In this document: piece by piece, positions 1-8,726 of the stretch
How positions within the stretch are numbered: the first letter of the stretch is position 1
How the letters are laid out: every line of letters begins with the position of its first letter
Assembly (NCBI GenBank): GCA_010909165.1
Contig: MU008188.1
Location: 248,001-312,000, forward strand
Direction of reading: 5' to 3'
DNA: 64,000 bases
From: Anthoceros angustus
Lineage: Eukaryota; Plantae; Anthocerotophyta
Translations under genes and position numbers: made by a program
The notes under the pieces: model-generated
What the model was told of the DNA's origin: nothing
Databases searched by the model: none
What the model saw: the letters and a program-made list of their open reading frames with translations, nothing else

Positions 1-400
1 CATGTCACCACATGGCCATCACCACATTTGCATACCTAGCAATCAGCACCGTCCATGTCACCACATCCTTTGTGGCCATGCCGTCAAAAACCTGGCGTGC
101 ATCTTCCAGTTCACAATGTTTTGCATAAATGTCCACGAGGCGGTTGCCCAAGATAACAGTATCCAGCAATCCTCTTCCCACATTCTATGAGGTCAGCTGC
201 CAGCCCTTCTGAAAGGCACCCGTGCTTGCAAAGGCCTAGCTATGAGAGCATGTCATGTCACCGCAGATTCATGTCTTCATGTTCATGCTGTCAAAACCAT
301 GGCTTGCATCTTTCAGATCGCCACATTTGCATATCCAGCAATCGGCACTGTCTTCGTCACCACATCCGCTGTGGCCACCCCCATACCATCCACCACAAAT
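1..400 (-). pseudogene. Degenerate PLS-class PPR fragment (runs off the window edge)
   Basis: Reverse strand gives broken PPR motifs (LGNRLVDIYAKHCELEDARQVFDGMATKDVVTWTVLIARYA; YAKCGDLKDA) with frameshifts and stops and no long ORF. Confidence 0.7.
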
Positions 401-670
401 ATAGTTTGTATGTAAGTCTCAATTTTAATTTCAGCTTGACCATTCTAGAGAAAACAATTGGGGTGGACGAAATTCGCCGTTGTCCGCTAGCTAAACTAAA
501 ACTAGTCTACCCGGTGGGAAACGGGCTGTGGAATTCAACTCTGTGAAGGGGGGCCGACAAACGCTCCGGAGGGAATGAGCCGGCAGTGGAGGGAAAGGAA
601 CGGACTCCCTCCGGCCGCCCGTGGTTGATATCAGTATCTCCCCTTGAGCTGTCCTGTCTTCGTGGTCTCA

Positions 671-1969
671 ATGGCGCTCTCAAAGCCTCTGACCTTTGTC
701 ACCGGAAATGCCAAAAAGCTGGAGGAAGTTCAGATGATCCTGGGTAACAGCATCCCCTTTCAGTCTCGAAGTCTGGATCGTAAGTTGGCCTTAACCCAGC
801 AGATATTCCTTTCATGGAGATGTGACTGCCGCGTTCACTCCGCCGAGGAGCTCACTTCGGTTTTATGTGCAGTGCCGGAACTGCAAGGAGAGCCTGAAGA
901 AATTTCCCGGGCGAAGGCATTGATGGCAGCAAGGGAGGTAGGGCTGCTCCCCCTCAACGAGATTGCTGCTACACATTGTGCACTCCAGACGTACTGGGAT
1001 CAAACTCCCAACTTGACTGTGGTATGCCTGCAAGGTTGCTGGGCCTGTGCTTGTCGAAGACACATGTCTCTGCTTCAATGCTCTCAACGGTCTTCCAGGT
1101 AAGGCATGCTGTGTGTTGTCTAGCCTTCTGGAGATCGGGTTCCCGGCTGCTTGACGTAACTTGCTACAATTTCTGCAGGTCCGTACGTGTAAGCTCTCGA
1201 ACTCTGTTCCCAGTGGAAGGCTGGTGACATTGCCACTCTGATGGCTACTGTGGGCAAAGATCGCTCACAACTTGTGTTGCCTAGAGCCAGGAATTCAAAG
1301 TATGACTGATTATTCTCCACTTCCAGCATCTGACCTCGGCTCTGTCATGCAGAAAGTGGTTCCTGCTTAAAACCGGTGCTGAAGGTCATTTCTCCTCCCC
1401 TTGGGCAGCGTTTTTAATCCGACTACTCCCTCTCAGCTTGTTGCACGCATGTTCTCCCAAGAGTTAGCTTCTGACGAACCGATATGTTTGGCTTGGTTGT
1501 CAGGTCTTAACAATTTGCTGGCAGCATATGAGGACAAGTCAGCATATGCCCTATGCGTCTTCTCGCTGGCTCTAAGTCCTGCTTCGGAACCAATTTCCTT
1601 CGTTGGCCAAGTTAAGGTATGCGAAGCTCCAAGGTGCTGTTCTTCCACGTGATTCCGCTAGGAGCATCTTGGCAGCAGCATTCGATGTGCCGTTACTCTG
1701 TGTTGCAGGGTAAAATTGTTCCACCAAGGGGCCCAGCATATTTTGGGTGGGATCCCGTTTTTCAACCAGACGGCTGTGAATCCACGTGAGCATCTCGACT
1801 CCAGGAAACCTGGTCTTTTAAGGCATTCCAGACAGGTTGTGAAGGTTTTGTATGCTTGCGATCTTGTAGGTTTGCGGAGATGCCAAAAGAAGAGAAGAAC
1901 CTAATATCGCATCGTCGGAAGGCACTTGAGAAAGTCAAGGAGCATTTTTTGTTAAATAATTACTGGTGA
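671..1969 (+). CDS. ITPA: Inosine triphosphate pyrophosphatase (HAM1-family ITPase), multi-exon
   Basis: ATG 671: [20 protein letters not shown]; later exons give [46 protein letters not shown] and [14 protein letters not shown]; TGA 1967-1969; GT-AG introns. Confidence 0.95.
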
Positions 1970-2160
1970 ATAGCTCCTTTTTCAATCCCGCACTGGAACC
2001 CTGCAAAGTGCGGACGGAAGCACTCGAGATTTACTATTACCCCCTGCCAAGGTGAGGGTCCTTTTCCTACTAATCGACTGAGACTTACACAAGATATACC
2101 AATGTGGTGCGCCCCAAAAATAATAGGATTTTACAGAGGACAAGTTTGTCCTCGTAGCCA

Positions 2161-4673
2161 TCAACATTTCTCAGCTCGGCAAGTGATGGGTGGGTCCATT
2201 ATGTCCTCTCTGCTCTGAACGATGCTCAACTCCAGTACAGAAGGTAGTGGCTGCGAGTCAGCCTTGTAGTCAGCTAATGTTCGTTGTAGGACGGCCTTAT
2301 GAACAAGCAATGGGTTACTAGTGATCAGAATTGCAATTGTGTATGAGAAGTGACCTGCAGCATGTTCTCCTCAGCACAGCGGACTAGCAACACTTCATAC
2401 CTGTAAACTTGAAACAGCTAGCTCAGCTGCCTTGTCCAAGTCTTCCGGATACCTCTGCAGAGACACGAGTGTAAGAGATGAGTAGCACTGCAGATGGCTC
2501 GAAACTACACTCCTTGCCGACACTGCCTCACAGCCGACCTGCACTTGGGTTATTCTAAGTAGCATAAGGCAAACGGGTTCAAACCATTGATCAGCAAAAC
2601 TATTGTCGTATGTCTGCATAAACACGAGCCTACATCTGCTTCTTCACTCCTATTTTGCAAAATCTTCTTATAGCAGGGAAAAAAACGACACCACTGTTTC
2701 TGCGGATCAACAGGTTATATCCATTGTTCTTCACTTGAACCAAAGTTTGTAGTTAAGGATTCCAGACAGAGATACATACATGGGTCCAGCCCAGCAAAAG
2801 AGCAGCCATCAAGTCTCCGACTCCCTGCAGGAACCACGTGTCTTTGACTGTTAACCTGATCAAGTTCAGTTTCTCAGCAATGATGAAACATGAGAAAGGG
2901 AACACACGTGAGCAATACCGTGAACAACAATGGCAACTTGGGGATGGAAATTCGAAATTGTTTGAGCACACCCTCCTATTCAGTTCAAAACAGGTATTAG
3001 GAACTGCTAGCATGCGCAGTGGACAATATTTCAGGGTCAAAATTTGGACAAAACGTCAAGACCGGACAAGGACTTGCCTCCTGTAGCTGGTGACTTCCAA
3101 CTAGCAAAAACCTTCCATCACTCTCCATACTTGTGATTATAACCTGTACTCACAAAAGAACAATAATGTAAACTGGTGAGCCTCAAATCTCAGCACAACC
3201 TTTCTTGAAAGAGCTGGCTGTTGGCAGTACTTTCTGTGGTCCAGAAGCATGGAGAAGAGCACAAGCTTTTAATGCATCTGCCTCCGTTTGAACTCTGCAA
3301 ACGAAAGTTTATGCAAGGGTCAAACACTGAATTGACTCCTGATGTGTCGAATGCTTTTAAGTTTTGACAGCATATCTGATACCAAGAGACACACCTGCTA
3401 CCTGTCAGCTGTTCTGCTTCAAACTGATTTGGCGTGAGCATTGAAGCCACACGTATCACCTATTTCTCCAAGCCACCCCAACAGCCGAGAAAACTAAGAT
3501 CCCAGTGTGCAGGACTGTGTGAACGAGATGGAGCAAGGACCAAGAGAACCCAGCGTAAAAAAACCAACCAGAACAGAGAAGCTTGAATAGGGAACTGAGT
3601 AGAGCCATGTACCTTGTCCCGATACAAAGGCACAAGTTCAGGCTTCACATAGAGACGCCCTTCATCCCCCATCACTGGATCACATACTGGTAAAAAAGAG
3701 ACAATGCATTGTCACAAAACGGAGGGAGGACATGTCACTGCCATTCATCTTGCTAGCAGACAACACAATTGTCAACCTCAGAAAATAAGCCATGTCCAGG
3801 CCCTCCTTACAACCACCATAACTAATAGGACAGATGATGTCAGACACAGTCCTGTGCGTACACACTTCCATGTAAAATCACAAGTAGCTGACTCTCACCA
3901 TAGATAAGCTCTGGATTCACTGATCGCAGTTTCTCAACTAACCGTAGAACTGTTTCCAGGAATGAGAGAGACCCAATATAACCTGCTTGGACACACGAGA
4001 GCCTCTTTCAGTCACGCTTGTCAATATATGACCCACTCTTATACGAGCAGCTAGAAGTATCAGTCTGTGCAAGGTGCAACCATTCCCACAAATGCAGGGG
4101 TCATCGAGCAGAACCAGCTGCAAGGCTGTGTCTAATCTGGTCAACACATGGTCATACCTGTCAGCAAATGGGTATAAAAGAGCAAGCCATTTGCCTCCAG
4201 ACCCTCTATTAGACTCCAAAGCTGCTCCCCGTCAAGCACCTGACCCCGCCAGACTGGATACCCTGCACCCTCTTACTCCCACATTTCCCTGTTGCTCAAT
4301 CAGTAACAAGCGGGAAACCAGCAAAAATCAGTTGCAACCGGAATTTGGAACAAACTTGCCCGTATGATTGGAGAATTGCACAGAGTTGATAGGATCAACT
4401 TCAAAGCCCAGTAACTGAAGGGGGAAAACGGCTGATTTGTTACCCACGTACCCCTGTCCACGACGATCTCCATTGAAATTTTACTCTCAAACACAGAAAG
4501 TTACTGCATTGCAGGAGTCTCGCGTCTGCCAAGCACATGCACCCACGCAGATGCACCCGTACAGGGGAGAGCTCGAGGGGGATTAGAAGAGCTACCTGCA
4601 CAGTGTGGGACTGAATACTCAACACGCGCACGCTGCCATTACGCACGCGGGATGCGTCAAGCGGAGGACCCAT
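2161..4673 (-). CDS. SOS4: Pyridoxal kinase (SOS4/PdxK family), multi-exon
   Basis: ATG 4673: MGPPLD...[27 protein letters not shown], then [71 protein letters not shown]; stop at 2161. Two introns use GC donors. Confidence 0.95.
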
Positions 4674-4861
4674 CTCTCTGCACTCTTGCGGAGCTGTTCC
4701 GAACACACGCCCCAAATCATCGGGGGCACATGTAGAGCGTCTGTGTATGATGAGCGTTGAGCGTTTTTCGACTTTCCACTGTTGGATGTCCACCTCAAAT
4801 AAGGAACCTCCTGGACCGTTTGGGAAAAAGTAGTGCCTGTCGTGTATGGTTCACTTGTCGT

Positions 4862-5515
4862 GTGTGTATGTTGAAATGGAGCAGGAGGGGATGATTTTAG
4901 GTACCCATGCTAACTTTGCTTGCCTTCTGAAGGCCCGTGCAAGCACTGGGGCCGCGCAGATGGGCAGACAGCTGCACTCACAGGGTGTTGAAGGAGGACT
5001 GCTGGTTTGACGGACTCGTTGAGAAAGATGTGTGACGTGGACTACCATGATAGCTGGGTACTCCCAGCAGGGCATGGGGTAGGAAGCACTTCGTGTTATG
5101 CTGGAAGGAGGAATGGCTGTACCCAGCTCTGTGCCTTATGTGTGCCTCCTGCAGGCATGTGCAGGTGCGAGCTCCCCTGCTTTGGAGAAGGGGAAGCAGC
5201 TCCATGAGCAAAATTAGAGCACCGGGACATCTGGCTGATGCGTCTGTAGCCAATAGTTTGGTCAAGATATATGCAAATTGTGGCAGTCTAGAGGATGCCC
5301 ACAGATTGTTTCGTGGACTAGGTAGGAAAGATCTGGTGACTTGGACTGCTCTAATTGCAGGGTACTCTCAACAGGGCAGGGGCCAAGAAACCCTTCAGCT
5401 CTACAGTGTCATACAGGAAGACGGCATCGCTGTACCAAATTCAGTGACAGCTGTGTGCCTCCTGCAGGCATGTGCAAGTGTGGGCACAACAGCATTAGAA
5501 GAAGGGGAGAGAGCT
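4862..5515 (+). pseudogene. PPR relic, a close paralogue of the repeat unit of the PPR gene at 6002
   Basis: DVVTWT-MIAGYSQQGMG*EAL (in-frame stop) with frameshifts, then VANSLVKIYANCGSLEDAHRLFRGLGRKDLVTWTALIAGYSQQGRGQETLQLYSVIQEDGIAVPNSVTAVCLLQACASVGTTALEEG; shares the unusual GIAVP/VGTxALE features of the 6002 gene. Confidence 0.8.
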
Positions 5516-5859
5516 TCATCGGTCCATCATCTATGTGTGAGACTTATTATATCCAAGAAGAGTGCAGGGCATAAGGAGCGATGGCTAGAAAATTAACCAA
5601 AGATCCGATTCAACAAGGACCAACTGCAAACAAGCAATATCATCTTTAGGGATGGGACAAAATTGTGGGTATATAGTGTCACCAAGATTTTGTCCAAGTT
5701 AAGCTTTTGTGACCCAGATCATTGCCTTAGTCAAGCTTTTGCATCTTTTCTCTTTGGATTCTGTTTTGTTCGTTTGCACTACCTATTGAGATCTGGTAAG
5801 CAAGTCTGATTTGTAGAGCAGACAGATAGCCGGTGCTGCTTTCGATGCTTGTTTCCCAC

Positions 5860-5866
5860 TATAAAA
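5860..5866 (+). promoter_or_regulatory. Candidate TATA box upstream of the PPR gene
   Basis: TATAAAA about 135 bp upstream of ATG 6002; motif match only. Confidence 0.35.
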
Positions 5867-6001
5867 CCCAACGTCGCCAGGAACACCTCCTCCAGCCCAT
5901 AGTCTACCTACCGGATTTTTCGGGTGTGCTTCATTCCTGTGCATATTTGAAAGATGTAACAAAGGATCAGTGACGACAAGTTTACTCACGTGCACCCTGT
6001 A

Positions 6002-8668
6002 ATGTCCACATCTCGCTCGGTGCGAGGTTGTGCTGAGCGCGTGCTCGCAGCTCGCTCTGCGAATCGTGGATGTGGGGAAGGATACGGAGGGGGTTTAACG
6101 GCTGAAGCCGTGAGCAAGCTATGTCATCAGGGAAGTCTACGGGAGGCTGTTGAGGCTTTAGGAGTTCTGGTGCAGACAGACTGTTGCATTTCCAAATCTC
6201 TCTTTTACTCTGTGCTGAAGAGATGTGTACTGGAGAGGGACCATGTTCTGGGTCGCCGTGTCCATGCTTTCACGGTAAGAAAGGGGTACCAGTCAGATAC
6301 GTTCCTGTGCAACCACATCCTGCGCATGTATGCCTCTCAGGGCAGATTGCAAGACGCGATGGATGTTCTTGAAGCGGTTGCCAAACCAGATGCCTTCATG
6401 TGGTCGTCAATAATATCTGCGCATGTTAAACTGGGCAAGGACAAGCAGGCCATACAGCTGTATCATCGGATGCGCAGGTCAAGTGTGAAGCCAGACGGCC
6501 ATCTGTTTGTTGCAGCCCTGCAGGCCTGTGCCAGGGGATTAGACTTACGGACTGGGCAGCTGGTGCATGCTGACGTATTGGCCACTGGAGTTGAAGGCGA
6601 CTTGTTTGTCTGCAATTGCTTGGTGGACATGTATGCGAAGTGCTGCAGCTTGGAAGACGCTCAAAGTGTGTTTGATGGGCTTGGCCAGAGAGATGTTGTG
6701 ACTTGGAATGCCATGATAGCAGGGTATTCCCAGAATTCCATGGGCCAGGAAGCCCTTCGTCTTTACACTGCCATGCAAGAGGAAGGCATTGTGGTACCTG
6801 ATTCTGTCACATTTGCGTGCCTCCTGCAGGCCTGTGCAAGTCTGGGCCCCCCAGCCTTGGAGAAGGGGAGGGAGCTTCATGCACAAGTCCGAGATTGGAG
6901 ATGTGAAGCTGATGTGTTTGTGGCCAGCAGTCTGGTAAACATGTATTCGAAGTGTGGCAGCTTGGATGAGGCGCAAAAGGTGTTTGATGGGCTTGGTCGA
7001 AAGGATGTGGTAACGTGGAATTCCATGATTACAGGGTATTCCCAGCAGGGTATGGGCCAGGAAGCCCTTCGTCTTTACAGTTCTATGCACCGAGAAGGTG
7101 TTGCTGTACCTGATTCTGTTACGTTTGTGCGCCTTCTGCAGGCATGTGCAAGTGTGGGCACCCCAGCGCTGGAGGAGGGGAAGCAGCTTCATGCAGAAAT
7201 CAGACAACACGGACATGGAGCTGATGTGTTTGTAGCCAGCAGTTTGGTGAACATGTACGCAAAGTGTGGCAGCTTGGAAGATGCTCAGAGAGTGTTTGAG
7301 GCTCTTGGTCAAAAAGATGTAGTGACGTGGACTGCTATGATAGCAGGGTATTCCCAGCAGGGCATGGGCCAGGAAGCCCTTCGTCTCTACAGTCTTATGC
7401 AAGAAGAAGGCATTGCTGTTCCTGATCTTGTGACATTTGTGTGTCTCCTGCAGGCATGTGCAAGTGTGGGCACCCCAGCGCTGGAAACGGGAAAGCAACT
7501 TCATGCGCAGAATACAGAATGTGGACGTGAAGCTGTGTTTGTGGCCAACAGTTTAATAAACATGTATGCAAAGTGTGGCAGCCTCGAAGATGCTCGCAAA
7601 GTGTTTGACGGACTTGGCCAAAAAGACGTGGTGACGTGGAATGCCATGATAGCAGCTTATTCCCAGCAGGGGATGGGCCAGGAAGCCCTTCGTCTTTACA
7701 GTACTATGCAGGAAGAAGGCATTGCTGCTCCTGATTCCTTGACATTTGTTTGCCTCCTGCAGGCATGTGCAAATGTGGCTGCTCTGCATCTGGGAAGGCA
7801 ACTACATGCACAGATTGAAGAAAAGGGGCTGCACGTGGATGTGTTAGTGGCGGGAAGTTTGATAAACATGTACGGGAAGGCTGGGAGCATGGTTGATGCA
7901 CAGCAGGTGTTTAATGCAATGCCCAAAAAGGACGTCGTTGTGTGGAGTGCACTGATTGCAGGCTACACCTGCCAAGGAGACAGTGAGGTGGTCTTCGATC
8001 TGGTCGAAAAAATGCGAGTGTATGGCATACAGCCAGGCGGCATCACATTTCTTAGTGTACTGACTGTATGCAGTCATGCAGGTCTAGTGAGTAAGGGAAG
8101 AGAGTGGTTTGAAGCTATGAGCAGACAGTATGGCATCACTCCCACGGTGGATCACTACACATGCATGGTGGATGTCTTGGGCCGTGCCGGGCGACTGGAT
8201 GAGGCACTGGGTTTGGTGAAGGCACTGCCTGTACCGCCTAATGCTGCAGTTTGGCACACTCTCATGAATGCTTGTCGAAAGTGGAGCAATGTGGACGTGG
8301 GCTACCATGCTTTCAACCAAGCAGTGACTCTAGACAACGAAGACGCTGCAGCGTATGTGTTGATGTCAAATATATTCACTGGTGCCCAGATGTGGGAGCA
8401 GGCGCAGGAGATGCGCACAAGGAGAATACAAATCAGGGCTTGGAAGCAACCGGGTCTGAGCTGGTGGACAGACATGGACGGAATGGTTCACAGCTTTTTG
8501 GTTGGGCAGAAAACGCACCCCAATGGCGAATTTTACCTGAACAGCGCTGAAATAAACCAATCGGTTCATAGGAAACCTGACATACCACCAATCGGTTCAG
8601 CATCTCTTCAAGGCGGCCGAAGCATTTGTAAGCCGGGCCACCACAGATATCCCCCTTTTGACGACTGA
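6002..8668 (+). CDS. PLS-class PPR protein with E1-E2-E+ (WW-type PG box, no DYW domain); probable organellar RNA-editing factor
   Basis: Single-exon ORF (ATG 6002). Arg/Ser-rich N-terminus, about 20 P/L/S motifs, P2-L2-S2 (TFLSVLTVCSHAGLVSKG; HYTCMVDVLGRAGRLDEA), E1/E2, then KQPGLSWWTDMDGMVHSFLVGQKTHP. No HxE/CxxC follows. Confidence 0.95.
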   Translation: MSTSRSVRGCAERVLAARSANRGCGEGYGGGLTAEAVSKLCHQGSLREAVEALGVLVQTDCCISKSLFYSVLKRCVLERDHVLGRRVHAFTVRKGYQSDTFLCNHILRMYASQGRLQDAMDVLEAVAKPDAFMWSSIISAHVKLGKDKQAIQLYHRMRRSSVKPDGHLFVAALQACARGLDLRTGQLVHADVLATGVEGDLFVCNCLVDMYAKCCSLEDAQSVFDGLGQRDVVTWNAMIAGYSQNSMGQEALRLYTAMQEEGIVVPDSVTFACLLQACASLGPPALEKGRELHAQVRDWRCEADVFVASSLVNMYSKCGSLDEAQKVFDGLGRKDVVTWNSMITGYSQQGMGQEALRLYSSMHREGVAVPDSVTFVRLLQACASVGTPALEEGKQLHAEIRQHGHGADVFVASSLVNMYAKCGSLEDAQRVFEALGQKDVVTWTAMIAGYSQQGMGQEALRLYSLMQEEGIAVPDLVTFVCLLQACASVGTPALETGKQLHAQNTECGREAVFVANSLINMYAKCGSLEDARKVFDGLGQKDVVTWNAMIAAYSQQGMGQEALRLYSTMQEEGIAAPDSLTFVCLLQACANVAALHLGRQLHAQIEEKGLHVDVLVAGSLINMYGKAGSMVDAQQVFNAMPKKDVVVWSALIAGYTCQGDSEVVFDLVEKMRVYGIQPGGITFLSVLTVCSHAGLVSKGREWFEAMSRQYGITPTVDHYTCMVDVLGRAGRLDEALGLVKALPVPPNAAVWHTLMNACRKWSNVDVGYHAFNQAVTLDNEDAAAYVLMSNIFTGAQMWEQAQEMRTRRIQIRAWKQPGLSWWTDMDGMVHSFLVGQKTHPNGEFYLNSAEINQSVHRKPDIPPIGSASLQGGRSICKPGHHRYPPFDD

Positions 8669-8726
8669 GTAACTAAATTGAATTAACCGAACAAGCAAGA
8701 TGTATGCAGCGATGTGCATTTCAGAT

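Noticed and set aside
2810-2830. GVGD instead of GTGD in the pyridoxal kinase anion hole
   Set aside because: The catalytic Asp is retained, and GVGD occurs in active PdxY-type enzymes as I recall.
6545-7504. 319-aa antisense ORF with internal repeats, plus similar shadow ORFs (19700-20458, 58978-59730, 35992-36813, 39679-40617)
   Set aside because: They overlap clear genes, mirror their repeats or GC-rich codon bias, and carry no independent motifs.
8520-8668. Possible cryptic or frameshifted DYW domain after the PPR E+ motif
   Set aside because: No HxE(x)nCxxC or DYW/GRP/DRH ending was recognisable in the frames inspected.
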